Below, one piece after another: positions 49,291 to 64,000 of a DNA stretch of 64,000 bases. The first letter of the stretch is position 1. Every line of letters begins with the position of its first letter. This DNA is from Tubulanus polymorphus (Eukaryota; Animalia; Nemertea). The stretch spans positions 13,882,656 through 13,946,655 of the forward strand of contig NC_134030.1 of the NCBI RefSeq assembly GCF_964204645.1. Reading direction: 5' to 3'. The position numbers and the translations under genes were made by a program. Under the pieces are notes generated by a model, which was not told the DNA's origin, did no database searches, and saw only the letters and a list, made by a program, of their open reading frames with translations.

Positions 49291-50315
49291 CTATATATGC
49301 TTTGTATAAACAAGAAGATACAAAAATAAAATATTTGACAACATGGTTTACGAAAAAAAATAAAGAAAGAATGAGGCCAACGCTGAATGAATTAAGTCGA
49401 CTGTCTCAAAGATTTCCATTATCTGAACTTTCTCATGATATATTGAACGTTATTTAATAAATTATATAGGTTAGAAGAACCATTGCCCTTGTATTGACTC
49501 GAGATTATCAGTTCGCAGAATAGGTAATTAAAGTCAAAGCGGAACTGAGCGGTATTGGGCATGTTTTTCACAACAGAGTTCATTTGTAGGTAACTCGGGG
49601 ACTGAATTAGGATCGAAAGTGTCCAAGTCCCAGCGGTTGGACTGACAGCACTCTCCGCAAGGAAATAAGTTAAAGCGTTGCGATAGTTCTTTTTATTGAA
49701 AGCCGACTGGTGACATGAAAACTGCAACTGAACTACAACAACAACTTTGATTATCAGGATACAAAAACTGATTAACTTGGATAGACCAAATAGCTGGATA
49801 TGACAAAGTAAGAAAAACCAGGCGAAAAACCTAACCCCACGTAGTTCACATCCTGCATTATGGGAAAAGCTATGTTTTCTTGATTGTGGAAAAGTTATTT
49901 TTCTAACGACAATTCCTAGTTTTTTGCACAATAGAATCGTTAAGATATATGGACATTTTATATCTTTTGGTCAACGCTCTAGATATCGCAATTTTCGAAA
50001 AGTTGTTGCCCAGTGGAATTAATATTCGGATTTAATGAATTATTTATGTATAAATATCATAAATCGGACTAGACTTTTAGGTGCGACCAGTGCGGCTGTG
50101 TATGAACTTGAACTGCATTGACTAATATAGTGCGTTTGGCGTAGCCAAAGCCTGCACGCGCGCATATAAAACTTTATCGATCGAATTTCGGGCTTTTAAA
50201 TTATCTCTTGATAATACCGATATCACTGACCGAAAAACCTTGGTGATTTAAGATTGGAAGCGTACAATACTCTGTCCGAATTTATATTTCCATTGTGCAA
50301 ATAGATGACACAAAA

Positions 50316-53300
50316 ATGGCTAGTGTTTTCACGACAATAGCCAACGGCCTGACGTCAGCTGCTGCCGACAGTGCGACATCACTAGCGACATCATTGACGT
50401 CAGTGGAAGATAAGTTCATCCGCGATGACTGGATTTGGATGGTAGTGGTCGGTTTCGTGGTTGCGTTCGCGCTAGCTTTCGGCATCGGAGCGAACGACGT
50501 GGCGAACACGTTCGGAACGATCGTCGGTGCCAAAGTGTTGACTCTCTATAAGGCTTGCGCCATCGCCTCGGTATTCGAATTAGCAGGCGCCATTTTAATC
50601 GGTAAGCATTACCACTCAGTTCCTCAGCCATAACAATCATTCATTGACAAAGAAATAAATGACTCAACTCTTAGATTAAAATGAAACCGGTCTATTTGAG
50701 TAGCTATTAACCAATTGCATGAATTATAACCGGACGCAGATTTATTTATGCGCAAGAATCTATCTGTTACCTGGGTCTACGAACATTATTTGACACTCCA
50801 ATTATCCTCTTCATTCACGTGTCAGGATCGTTGGAAATACCGCGACCACACCACTGTTTGTGCAGATGATAGCCTTCTTTGGCCAACACTAATTACTTAT
50901 TCTTAATTATGGTTAATCTATTTTGTGAATTTTTATGCAGTTAATGCAGTCGGTATTCATTAATCTGTTACACCACACAATGGAAACTAAAAACTTTTAA
51001 GAATCCATGATCACACATAGCTAGTGCCGATACACGTTCAATTCGCAGATCCTTAATTGCTAACTTACTTCAATACAAAAATGAATGCTGCTTCATCTTT
51101 ACTTAGCGTCCGGCTTTTAAAAGAAATGAATGGGGGCATTTAAGGAGAGGTAACTGCGCGTCGTTGGGTATCGAGCATCGACTTTCAACAAATGCGCACA
51201 CAAAACAAAAATGTTCATAAGGAAATGATCGTGCCTTCGGTTAAAATGTCCAGGTAAGGAATTAACGATGGGTGCGATTGTGAAGGCTAAAGCTTATGAA
51301 TTCATGACAAAAAGGATTTTAGAAAGTCGTACATTGTACACAATAAATAATATTGTCGGGAATTTCCCTCCAATTGTCGAATAGTTTAGTTTTCCTGCCG
51401 TTCTTTTTGGCAGGTTCCCAACATGCTCCACACAAATGAGTTTTTGTGTGTATGAAGTACTTGTTAGTTGTAATTATTGGTTCGCTCTCGCGAGCAGAGC
51501 GCAGGCAACTCAGCTTGTAGAATAAATGTGAATACCAACGTTACAATTCATCTCTTCGTATGTCTTGTGGTCGAGACAAATATTTCATCTCAGAGGTAGT
51601 GTTGATGCGTCCAATACTTCACCATGGGGAGTCGTTTATCGACATACGTACTATAAGCTCGAAACTGTTACCTCTGTGCAAGCTCTTTTTTCGATCTTAA
51701 AATAGGGATTGTCCCCATTATTTATTTATTTGGCTGGTAAATTTTGTTTGATTTTTCGATTGAGTGTCCCTTACAGACCCACCACACCTGCCGGGAGCGA
51801 AACAGGGGGTTTGATTTTGAAATCGGAAATCGAAGTACAGATATAGATGTGTGATCGGCGGTCGAGTAAACAGAATATTTTAAAATCGAAGTACATAATT
51901 GGAAATTCGGTTCCGGTTCATTCAAACAATCTTCCATTCAGTCTGAACCGGCAAGCGACTGATTGGGATGAATTTTTCTGGCTGCCTAATTTAATACAAT
52001 GAGATTCTGGAAATAGCTATATTACAAGATCATTTTGTCCATTTTTATATTTTTTTGGTCGTTTTCTACGTGTAAATAGTCCGATAGTTCTGTGCACGCT
52101 CTTACCGATGAAGACCTTTGCCGTTCCAAAACTAATAATTCTTACTTATGTATTTATCATAAGTATGTGGTTCCTTATGACTTGCGTTTGTAATACATGT
52201 ATTCTATATTGACTTTTTATTTCAAATGGTACCGATTTGTTGCCTATAACTGCTATAAGATAATTGTATGGCGCTCATAAACGGTGTTGCCGGTGACCGC
52301 TGCTATCCAGTACTACGTAATAGACAGTCAAATTTTTCGTGGAAATATTCTGCATAATGATATAACACTGTTATTGGTACATCGTATGATAAATTAGTCT
52401 CGCGATTGTTGCAATTGCCTAAAGCATCGCGTAGATTGCCCGCATTATTGACATAACCAGTGGAATAAGAAGATCGTATTAATATTTCTATTACTGTAGT
52501 ATTCCATGATCGTTCACAATGAGTTAATATTAATTATATGTTGCCACCATGGTAACGAGGTCGAAAAATGGATTTTCCCCATATCTTCTAGGGCCGGTTC
52601 CACAGTTGTGACTCAAGTACAAAAGTAGTCTTAAATCTTAGACTGGTCTTTGATTGTTAGATTGGCTAAAGAACTAAGCTAGTCTTGAACTGGTCTTCAG
52701 TCTAAGATATGACTATGGAACTGGTTGTCGAATAAACACCCATTTTGAAGGATCCCTATGGCACGGAGAAGTCACCTTGGGGTAATAGGAAATAGGTAAT
52801 CCCAAGAAACAATCGAAATCACCCCTTACATTTGAAAATCTGGCGGATTTTCATAACCTTTCATAATGGCCACCACCGTTATTACTTAAATGGGATTTTC
52901 AACCAAAACTTTGAAACTAAATTTTGTCACCAACATTAACAAATTCCCCCCGGTAAAAATCCCCCAGTAAATATCCTCCAAATTTGATTTCACAGCAGTA
53001 TGTTATAAAATACTTCAATATCTTTATCAAGAAAAACTTAAATAGTTTTCAAAAATTTCAAATTTTCCGTGGTGTTTTTCACAATATTCACCTTGGATAA
53101 TCTGTGACTTTTACCAACTACGTGCATGAAAATGACATCATTCTGTGACTTTTACCGAGCAACATTCATTAAAATGATACGTATTATCGTAGTTTTGAAA
53201 ATTTCTATGAAGAAATCTAGTTTAATAGTAAAATATCTATGTACCCTAAATATTGTTGTTAAAAGTATGTATTTCATTCTCACTGGCGAGAGAAATCCCT

Positions 53301-56300
53301 AGATTCGGCAAGAAAAGGAAAGTTTATATGGTTACATTTTGTGGTATATATTTCAAGCAAAGTTTCGGCTAAATACTATTAGCCATCATCGGGCATACTG
53401 AGAACAAAAGCAAATTAACAGAATATTCATAAGAGAATCACACAAAAGGGATAAGTGAGCGATATGATATGATTAAAATGTTGAAAAGATAATACAGATT
53501 GAGGTACCGGGTAATTTAAAAACAAAAACCGGAAACAAAAGAAGAAAACAAAGAAGGCAAACGGAAAACTAGGGGTAATATAACACAAATTGGAGTAATT
53601 TTTAAAATTGATTAAAATTTGTGGTTATTCAGAAAAAAAGAAAAAGAAAGGACATGAAAGTCATGCAGTGAGTGAGTGAGTGGAAGGAACAAGAATTAAT
53701 ATAATGGGGGTACAAGTGATGCGAAAAATTTAGAGATCAAAAAAATACATAACAATTGTTCAAATTTACACAATTTTTAAAATATTCAATGATCGCGGCA
53801 GATTCTATAATGTGACGTTTAGTTCTATCAGGACACGGAAACATTATAGCTGAGTTTTCAAAGTCAAAATTGTGACTGGTATCATAAACACGATTGGCTT
53901 CTCCACACGGGTTGGAACTTTTTAAGGTCGGTTTGTGTTGTCGGACGCGCTGGTCGCTGGTCGCGGCCCGTTTCCCCAATATATTTTTATCATATACTTT
54001 ACAGGGGATTTTATATTCACCAATTTTCAGACGTTCCGTTTTGGAGGAATCATGAGTTAGGTTATGACTAAGTTTATCATTGTTATTGAAAACGTGTTGT
54101 TTGTTGTGGAGATAGACGAATGAAGGCGTTTTTGATTTTCAATGAAGGGACAACAGGTACGACAATGGGTTTGACGAGTGCGCAGAGCTTGAGATTTGCA
54201 CCAATGGATACGACGTGCTCTCTGCAGAGCTTTATTCAAAAAGGGGTCAGGGAAAGCTAATGCCTGATGATGGCTAATGGCATTGAGCCGAAACAGTACT
54301 AGAAACATATATCATTTTACTAAAGAACTTTTTTTGCTGAATCTATCGTGGGGATTTCTTTTGTTATTCATCTTACAGGGATATTGTGTATCTTCTCGAT
54401 TCATTAACAACACTGTCTCTTGGTTCCAGGGATATGATTAACTAGAGCTACGCTAGCTACCCTCGGCCGATAGAAATATTCAACAGAATAGATAGGGATC
54501 ATTAAATTAATATAGGGTTCATCACTCTATAAGAATTTATACAAGGTTCATTATTGCAATGTCAGGTGAACTTACATCACAATCCTGAGTCGTACTCAAA
54601 AAGCATTCCGACCTGTACAAAAAAATGATTTGACATTTTTGCTGCTTTGAACTCTAAGAGAGAATGCATTATAAGCCTTTTCTATTGAGCCTAACGTCAT
54701 GAAATCCCTTTCGATTTCATCCAGGTTCCAAAGTGTCGGACACTATACGAAAAGGCATAATTGATGTTCATCCATACAACGGATCTGAAGGAGTGCTGAT
54801 GGTTGGAAATGTAGCCACGCTAACCGGTAAGTTAAAACATTACCATGTAATCACTCTCTTATAAGCTGCTTACCCACTTAATTATTTAGCAGATGGTGAC
54901 ATCTAATGGGCCCTTTGACAAGCGATTTTATCAACGCGAGTCAAAACGCCATGTGAACCCTCACCAAAATTTGGTCCCGTCTAAATTTGGACCGGACCAG
55001 GTACGGACCCATTCAGACCGGTCTAACTAGTTATCGTATGAACGCGGCTTCAGGTATTACCATAGAACTATAAGCGTACGGGAAGGCCGACTCCTCAAAA
55101 ATCCGCTAGGCACCGCTAGTAATCTTGTGTTTTGTTCAGCGCCCTCACCGGTGGCGATAAACAATAGGTTTAAAAGTCTTAATACCAAATCTTGAAAAAC
55201 GGTAATGTTCAATGCTCGCAGAGATTAATATAATCGATATTTCCGAGAACCTATTGTTTATCGCCACCGGTGAGGACGCTGATCAATTTCGAAAATAACA
55301 AAGGCAAATGTGTAGTGACGTCACGGAGTTGGCCTTCCCTTTCGCTTATAGTTCTATGGTATTACGTTGTCAAAATTAGTTTATTGTCAAGAAGAACCGT
55401 TGATAGCAGAAATTACATAGCAATATTACCCATAGTAAGAGGATGTACCCTATTGATTTTGGGGTCCAAGGATCTAACGTCAAGGTTATTACAGGTCATT
55501 CATGTGAAACCTTGTGAACATGATTCAGGAAGAACCGTTGATAGCAGGACTATCATAATATGTGATATCATGTGATATTACATTTTATGATTAAACCTAG
55601 GGAGAGGGTGTGCCCTATTGATATTGGGTCCAAAGATCAAAGGTCAAGGAAATTATAGGTCATTCATGTGAAACCTTGTGAATGGGATTTAAGACGAACC
55701 ATTGATAGCAGGACAATGATATTTATTACATAGTGATATTGCCCCTAGGTAGAGGATGTGCCCTATTGATTTTGGGGTCCAAAGGTCAAGGTCACTAGAG
55801 GTCATTTATGTGAAACCTTGTGAATGCAATTTATGAAGAACCATTCATAGCAGGACAATGCTATATCAGTTTGATTTCGCCTGGAGGATGCCCTATTGAT
55901 TTTGGGTCCCAAAGGTCAAGGTCAGTAGAAGTCATTTGCGCGTAAAATGCGATTCAAGAAGAACCATCGATAGCAGGACATTGCTATTTCATAGCATGAT
56001 TATAACCGGAGAGAGGATGTGCCATACTGATTTTGTTCTAGGGTCGAAGGTCAAGGTTAAAATATCTTAATCACCAATGATTTCATTTCATTTGCAGGAT
56101 CCTGTGTGTGGATGATTTTAGCGACATTTTTTTCAGTCCCAGTGAGTGGAACTCATTCAATAGTGGGAGCCGCTTTGGGATTCGCACTTGTAGCTAACGG
56201 AGCTCGTGGGCTGAACTGGATGAAAATAGGACTTATAGGTAAGAAACGATATTTATGTTTCGAACCTTTTTAGGAAAACGGTTATGCTCGCTATCTTGAG

Positions 56301-57700
56301 GGAGGGAGGGAATATTCCAAAATACATTTGATTAATGTTTTCATTTCTTTTTTTTCAAATTTCTAGTTGTATCGTGGATCATTTCTCCAATTCTCTCTGG
56401 GGGCGTATCTGTTCTAATATTTTACATCATACAGAAATTCATTCTACTTAAGGTAAGTTTATCCGACATGTCAATTAAACGAGTTAAAGGGCAACGCTAA
56501 CATGCTGATTGATAATGATTATGAATATAAAATGCCACTTAATCTAAAATGAATAAAAAACGAATGAAACTTGTCCACAAAAACTGGCACTTCGGCATGT
56601 TATGAATAAACGTATAAACTCACCTGACCATGATCGTGGTTGCTATGTTTTAACGCAGTGATAGCAACTTCCGATTATGTAACAGAATATTATGTTTTCA
56701 AATTCAAGTCTGTATTCAAATTTTTGTTGTTAGCAATTCCGTGCAGCACGATAATCCAGTCATATCAAAATGATTTAACTTTACATTTGAATTCGTTCTG
56801 TAAAATGGTCTATCATCTATTTCATGTTTCCTGTTATGAAACAACAACGGTGGTCGGCTAGATACCAGTCGATAAAACTGGATCATTATCTACATACCCG
56901 TTATCTTTTTTTTCAGCCTGATCAGTTAGAACCGGGGTTGAAAACGCTTCCGTACATTTACGCTTTGACTATAGTTATAAACGTGTTTTCAGTTTTCTAT
57001 GAGGGACCTCCAAGTAAGTATTCCCAATATGTGAGCTAGAAGGGCCTTCATAGCTCCAACTTTACACTCTAGGAAGTCGGCTCCTCAATAGCCGTCTAAA
57101 TTCTCCGAAGCGATGATTCAATACGAACTTTACGGTCTTAAACCTCCAACCAATTTTAATAGTTATCGACATATATTATATTTGAATGTTTTCAAGGTCA
57201 AAATTGAGGCAACTTTTTAGCTATCGTGGTAGCTTACGTAGTTTACAGTAAAAAAATCCGAAACAATAAAACTTAAAGAAACTGTGCGTGATGAAATAGA
57301 ACAAATGATCAGTCAGTAATTCTTTGTAAGGATATGTAGGTGTACTAAACTTAATAGACATGCGTTAAATTGAGAGGTTAATAAACTAAAACCTAGATAG
57401 CGTCAATTTTGATTCTATGTACTGTATTTTGTCTGCTTGCGCCCAGTTGTATATATAAACTAAACTATAAGTATGTTGTGATTGTAATTGCCACGGTTAT
57501 CGAATTGATGATGCAAATTGATTATAGAATAGAATAAGTTTCATTGCTCGACAAAAATGCAATTGCTTAGAGCACAAAAACAAAATCAAAGTTCATTGAA
57601 ATAAATTACAATAGTTAATGCGATTCACATATAAACAGATAACCAACAAATGATTGACATACATCGATTCGCTTATAAACAGATAATCAACAAATGAATG

Positions 57701-57743
<43 letters not shown>

Positions 57744-60700
57744 CATACATACATACATACACATACACATGTGCAATATACAACGACATATACAAAAATT
57801 GCTTAGCGGTATTTGGAAGCAGTTTTGATAAATTCAGTAAGTTGTTAAAGTTTTTTCCCTTGCAATAGACCTTAGATATGACGTAACAGTGCGTCATACT
57901 GGCTATCAGGTGAACGCGAGCTACCTGAAGTAATGGGTCACGTGTGAATGCCATTTGACTGCAAATTTGATTGACACGTCACGCGTGACGTCTTCAACAC
58001 CCCCGAAGGGTTACGTGTTCTCATTACAATACCACCAAATATTTACCTAATACGATACAATCATGTAGTCTTATTTTGAATTTTCGAACAGTGCTCGGAT
58101 TTGATAAAATACCGCTATGGGGACTGTTTGTAATAAGTTTTGGCAGTGGTGCCATCTGTCTCGTGATCGTCATGTTTCTCGTGGTACCGTGGCAACGACG
58201 CATCATTAAAGGTAACAGTTGCGATTTTGAGATTTTTTTAAATCCGAGGGACGCGACGAGTCGGCCGATTCAGGCCATATTGGAAAAGCAGGATGACTTG
58301 CATACTCATATTTACGTAGAATCATTTGGTTTGCTATAAGACAGACAGAATGATTTGCTAACTTCCTAGTAAGGGGCATTCTTAGATTTAATTAATCAGG
58401 AATTAGGCCACATTTACCCCATGTTCCGTCACCAAAATCGGTTCTCGGTGATTGTGCTACCTGAATCCAGCAACCATATTCGATCAGGTGCCAGCACTCT
58501 ATCTAGCGACAAGTACACTAACGAAAAACGAGCATGAACTTGTGATGTACGATTCTCGTCGTGTCGAAAGTGACCAGGCTATAAAATACGCAAATCTGAA
58601 TTTTTGCCTGGAAGTCCTGAATGAATTAATGGCCCGACCGAAAAATTACATTTACATGATTTCTGTCAATGGACATCACACGTATTATAATATATGACAT
58701 GAATCGGCTAACATATTCTCGTCACCTCGCTTGTAGATTATTGCCATTTTGAGAAAATACATAAATCCATGACCATCAAAGGAACTAATAGAGTGTAACT
58801 AACTATATTGGTTGAACGCAATGAATGTCAATGAATGTCAAAATTAGTTTCATTGATTGAAGTAATAACTAATTTTGTTTTGTTTTGAAAACAAACACAA
58901 GTATATTTAGGCCTAACTATTTTTACGAAATGTCTTAACGATGATTACATACTAACAAGACATAGGTAATCAATTCTTACTTGTAAATTAATCGATCAAT
59001 TAATCAATTGGTAGATAAGTGCGAGTATATCCGCGCCAATGAAGAAGAGGAAAACATTACTGAAATGGTTGAGTATATACCGACAGGACTGAATAGTAGT
59101 GCTAGAAACTCAACCTCACATACCAGGATCGGTTCTCGGAGAATGTCGACGACGTCTTTGGACGCAAATAACGATATGAATCATAGAATTCCGGACATCA
59201 GTGATATTGTTAATAACCATGGTATGTAGAGAAAGTACAACCTACTTTGTTTTTTTTTTTCATTGAGTGCACATATTTTTAAGACTTACTACATATTCTA
59301 TTCGACACGGGAGTAATCGACTGGGATCCATGGATCTTAAAATCTTGGGCGCTGAATTATGCGTTTGGATAGGCTTTTGATAGTCATTTGATCTTAAAAA
59401 ATGAAATACATTAGAATTCCATGAAAATTGATGGCGGGCAACTGATACCGTTTTACCTTTTTGTTTAGCGAGAAAAAAAATGAATTGTATCGTTTCAATT
59501 GATCATAACTTTCAGTAAATATATAGACTTATTATCCACTAAGGAATTCGAGCAAAGTTATAATAGGCTAGATTCATGAAGTGTAGGTAGCATTCTTTAA
59601 TTTTTAGTTAAAATCTCACTTATGAATAAAGATGCGTAGTAACGTTAACAAGTTTTCAGCAACAATGACTCCGCTACTTATATTATGTAATCATAGTGTT
59701 GTCGATTATGCACTAGGAGCTTTGGCGGGTCAAGTCCAATATCTGGTGAAACAGTGCATGGATGTAGTTGCACTAATGTTGAAATGGTGTGATTCGGTCA
59801 AGCTTATCAAATTTACTCCGACATTCCCGACACTCCCGTCATTTATGTGTCGGGTGTGTCGGGTAAAGGTATGATGTGTCTGAAAAGATGTGTTTTGAAA
59901 GTAGCTGTTTCTATCAGTTTCTATCACAAAGTCACTTTTTACAAATGGGTGGTTTTATAGTTGACTACTACTGCTTGTGTTCACTATCTAAACACGGATG
60001 GTTTAATTCAGTCAATTTTCCGCAGTAGACGACCACTATGAAAAAACAGCCACATTGATAGGAGGTAGACTATTTCAGAGCGACTGCTTTTAAATGTATA
60101 CTACTGAAAAAGTAGTCGATATCGTAAATTGCTTATTGTTTTCAAGTGGACGTTTGAGAAAAATAGTGGGATAGACATGTTCCTGGATTCAGCCTTTCAT
60201 ATGCATTTATCCAGTGATGGCGAACTGGACTCCGCAACTTCGCGATCTATTAAATATCCTAGGCTAAGGACAAATATAGCACGAATAGAGTAAGAAAGTG
60301 AGAAATGGTTTTTTTCTCCATTAAGCAGCGACTCAAAGATCTGGCTGAATAACTCCAATAATGCAAAATTTCATCGAATTTTCAAATCATCAATAAGTAG
60401 GTTACAAGCGGTATCTGAATTTAAAATAGAAGATGAGCCTTGTTGACTTAATGATGGTTGTAGGGCTGTAATAAACAGGGCCTTAATCAAGATCAAAAGA
60501 TCCTTTTAGTTTTCTTTTTTTAATTTTTATATTTTTGTCACTGAATTCCAGTTCACAAGTATGACAAATTGCGAGATACTATTCATTAACTGACGTTTTT
60601 GACATGTGTTTGCCTGGTTGGCTGCCATGCGTGAATAGTTTGATTCACCGATTGAATTCTACGGACTACAATTCGGACAAATCATTTAAAAACGAATTTA

Positions 60701-63675
60701 ATTGCTGCCAAGTAGTTCAATTAACATAATCATTAATGCTGAAAACCTGTCATCTCTGCGTTGCAGCTATATTAAAAATCTTATTTCCAAAGGAGTCGTA
60801 GCCTCGTGATCAACTTTGTAAATAGACATAGTCGGTTGCATGCCTCATTTCGAAGTTAGAACAGGATTTGAATGACTTCTGGCCAATTGCAGCAGCATTC
60901 AAGAAAAGCATTTATTGTGTTGTTGGCAGAGATTAGCAAATTTTAGCCCAGGAGTGTGTGGTATTGAGCTTCCGTAGAGTAGCACTAAGGGATACCACCC
61001 TTAGAATAGTTAATGGACGATCAGCTGTTGCGTGGTGTTTTAGAATAGCACAGTTAGCAATGAACCTACGCCATACGTACCTCTCCTTTGTCGTTTTGAA
61101 TTCATTCCTTGTCGAGAATAAACGCAATAATACGCAGAATAGTACAGCTGTATGTTGCTAGAGGCGGTATCTGCCAGTGGTCAAATCCATATACCATGGA
61201 AATGGTAAATAAATCGTAATCGTAATCAGCTGGACGGAGAGGACGTAAAATACTCCAAGGCCCCTCGGCGTATACTTTAGTAAACATAGTTCAAGACGAT
61301 TAGGGACCCATTACACTAAAACACTAACGCTCATAGCTGGAGAGACGAATAGCGTTTACGCCACAGAACCTTTAGTACAAATGCTCAGATGGGAAAAGTT
61401 ATCCAGTGCTGGATAACTGAGTGACGATAAACTTTATCTACATTTAGTATTGACTACTGACTTTTGAGCAACTGATCTGAGATATTTGGGACAGGGTACT
61501 ATACTATATTCGTGTGACAGATTTAGAGTTAACTCTATAGATAAGAACTAGCTTAAAATGATTGATGCTGGTACTTATGTATACTCATTGATGCTAGTAT
61601 GTATACTACCATTCCCGGACCATTCCATGAAGAAGTATATTACCATTCTCGTATGATATTTGAAGAAAGCTACTAGTCATTTACTTTGTAGCCTTATTCT
61701 CAGTTTGATAATGGTCAGGGAGGTGGGACAACCCGACCACCTGGTAGAATCGATCATTAGGAAGCCAATTTGATGACGACATGTTGAGATTTAGAAAATC
61801 CATCTTTTTGTGGATTCTTTTATGGGTTCTGGCTCAGAGAGCTTTTGAATTATACGTGTTTTACTGTAGACCATCCACCAACAGCTACGAAAAGACATGA
61901 CGAAGTGGAAGTTCCAGAACACGACACACTGATAAAGGTATGTCTAATCTTGATTATCTACGCATATCTGGAAAGGACATAGAACTGGTCTATCATCAAG
62001 GACACGATGTTTAAACCACAGGGGTTTGGCGATGGGCTTGGATTTTATTTCCGGGTTGTTGATAATCTCGCGAGAATGGCGCTAAATATGAACTGCGAAT
62101 AAATTCAAAATATCACGGAAATACCTTGTGTTTATATTGTTTATTTATCCGCTATAAAGTTTCGATAAACAATTGGTCGTTAAGGATCATTATCAGACGG
62201 TCGTCACGCTACTATATAAAAGAACAAGAGATGAAACGCCTTCAGAGTTGTGCCAGCCAGAAAGTTGAGACAGTCACGTGACTTAACGCTTCTTATTTGA
62301 CTGAACGCGAACCTGAAGCATATAAGATGGAAACTATGATACGAAAAATATTTGAGAATAACTTACATTCAAATGCATTTTTTTACTATGAATTATATAT
62401 TTCGTCATAATTTATTCCTTATAAGTTATTTATTTCATATGAATCATAATCTGACAATTGATATTGGTCTGTGAATATGTTAACTTTTCGTGTTGAAGTT
62501 TTAAATGCGATGACGTCATCAGAATGTCACGTGACTGTCCCAACTTTCTGGCTGAAAATTTAAGTACAGCGGAGGCCTGGCGTTTCATCCCTTGTGGTTT
62601 TATATAGTAAAGCGTGACGACCGCCTGATAATGATTCTTAACGACCAATTGTTTACCGAAACTTTATAGCGGATAAATAAACAATATAAACACAAGGTAT
62701 TTCCGTGATATTTTGAATTTATTCGCAGTTCATATTTAGCGCCATTCTCGCGAGATTATCAACAACCCGTAAATAAAATCCAAGCCCATCACCAAACCCC
62801 TGTGGTTTAAACACCACGAAAATACGGTTGATTTATCGGTACGGTACATCCTCCCTCGACAGGGATTCGAACCTGATGGCATCGCTACACGCAGCCACGG
62901 CACGAAGGCCCGCCACACTAGTGGGGATGATGCAGATATAATGTTGATGGTGGTGTTGAATTTGATGATCACAAGAATAGAGATGGTGTAGATTGGGATG
63001 ACAGCCATGATGCTGGTGATCCGATCATCCAGTCGTCCAGTCGACCAGTTATCCAGCCATCCAGTCACCTGGTACATTATGCCACCTGCGTAAAATCTCA
63101 GGTCAAAATGAAGAACCAAATCACTACCAACGTACTGATACGAATCAATCATTCATATTTTCATGTCAAGTATCTAATATACATAGGGTTATTTCTAGCA
63201 CGATGGCATTTTGCGTGGATCGAAACGAGGCTCGGCGAGAGAGTTGGTGGCGAATAAAAAGAAGTCGGGGACTACCGGCGCGTGGCAGGTCGGCCCGAAA
63301 TTATCCGTACCGACAACACCGAACAAAAATAGTGCTTCAAGTACTCCTCAACGTTCAACGAGTTTTACACTTGACGATCCCAACACAGTTGAATTCGGCC
63401 GACATTACGAGGACAAAGCAGGTAATTATCCTTTACAATCGATTGATTTATTCTAATCGAATCTGACACGAAATTGATGTACTAGTATATTTTTTCGTTA
63501 GAATTCACAATTTCCACACTCAATTGTGGTCTCATCAATAGCTTATAGACTCGGGTCAATGAATAGTCATTTACCATATCGACCTTTTGAAAATTAAAAT
63601 TACTGGTGATTTTAAATTCTAGGTCGTCTTGAGAGAAAACGACAAGAAAATGAAATAGTTTCTATCAATCGCGCA
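50316..63675 (+). CDS. SLC20A: Sodium-dependent phosphate transporter, SLC20/PiT (PHO4) family; spliced, 3' end beyond the window
   Basis: Phase-consistent GT-AG exons: 50316-50601 (AFGIGANDVANTFGTIVGA..FELAGA), 54725-54826 (GSKVSDTIRKGII), 56098-56238 (WMILAT..PVSGTHSIVGA), 56367-56452 (SWIISPILSG), 56917-57013, 58092-58211. Less certain loop exons: 59015-59221, 61870-61937, 63199-63421, 63623-63675. Confidence 0.93.
53737..54310 (-). mobile_element. Penelope-like element remnant (GIY-YIG endonuclease) in an SLC20 intron
   Basis: GEYKIPCK..KYIGETGR..RVRQHK..HNFDFENSAI..RHIIESA..NLN, preceded by the RT thumb-like FPDPFLNKAL. Confidence 0.75.
55061..55358. mobile_element. P-superfamily-like MITE
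   Basis: TIR catagaactataagcg..gggaaggcc; 7-bp TSD gtattac (55054-55060 and 55359-55365); inner inverted repeat tcaccggtggcgataaacaataggtt. Confidence 0.8.
55385..56060. repeat. ~120-bp tandem repeat (5-6 diverged units), HINE/Helentron-core-like
   Basis: Recurring gaagaaccgttgatagcagga..ccctattgattttggggtccaaaggtcaaggtca..gtgaaaccttgtgaa. Confidence 0.8.
57704..57770. repeat. (TA)n/(CATA)n microsatellite
   Basis: Direct observation. Confidence 0.9.
62017..62804. mobile_element. 788-bp MITE with ~265-bp TIRs (CACAGGGG ends), P-like
   Basis: 62017-~62283 is inverted at ~62526-62804; flanked by gtttaaac on both sides (62009-62016 and 62805-62812). The site is palindromic, so TSD length is ambiguous. 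Confidence 0.85.
62830..62905 (-). mobile_element. Possible tRNA-derived SINE head
   Basis: Pol III B-box GGTTCGAATCC on the minus strand (~62862-62872) in a GC-rich context; no complete cloverleaf. Confidence 0.35.
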
Positions 63676-64000
63676 GTAAGTTGAGGTTGTCGTCCAACAT
63701 TGTATATTTCCCTGTCGTTTACACCACGGTATCGGTATGCAGTGGATAGGAGCCCCGTTGATGATACGCTGTTTTACAGTATTCCAAATTCTGTATCATT
63801 TATAGCGGTAGTCCGATTTTACTCAGTCGTTACTGTTTGTATCTCTGCTTTTGCATGCAGACAGGCATTTCACACAGTTCGCATCCTGCACAGGCAATAC
63901 TAATGTCCTTTTTTTGGTCAATCTAGAAAAAATGTATACTCGAAATATTATATAACTTGTAACTATTTACAGATTTAAAGTATCTTAAACAATAATTATA

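Noticed and set aside
50282-50640. Minus-strand ORFs 50282-50533 and 50416-50640
   Set aside because: Antisense shadows of the first SLC20 coding exon
62830-62905. Functional tRNA gene
   Set aside because: B-box present but no convincing cloverleaf or acceptor stem; kept only as a possible SINE head
63700-63903. Next SLC20 exon (a ..CFTVFQIL-like stretch)
   Set aside because: No splice-phase-consistent frame gives the expected FAHGxND motif; the C-terminal PHO4 domain probably lies beyond the window

Overview
Eukaryotic DNA, most likely from a marine invertebrate (inferred from spliced genes and the TE families present). About 50 kb is nested transposon and viral debris, followed by the 5' part of an intron-containing SLC20/PiT Na+-phosphate cotransporter gene (from 50316, running off the window). 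Main contents: (i) a decayed AT-rich Polinton/Maverick-like endogenous virus (~4.1-21.6 kb) with pPolB, capsid-like and small membrane ORFs, whose polymerase is split by an Ngaro-type tyrosine-recombinase retrotransposon; (ii) a CR1/L2-type LINE split by a 6.3-kb element with AGT...ACT ends and a 6-bp TSD; (iii) Bel/Pao, RTE-X, Penelope, Tx1, EnSpm and P-type MITE remnants, plus two spliced Ulp1-protease/PHD gene remnants. The best candidate for an undescribed system is the 6.3-kb element. It is an almost fully palindromic non-autonomous satellite whose ends are themselves hairpins. It shares those ends and a 93-bp pPolB fragment with the Polinton-like virus in the same window. Family assignments come from motif recognition by eye; no searches were run.
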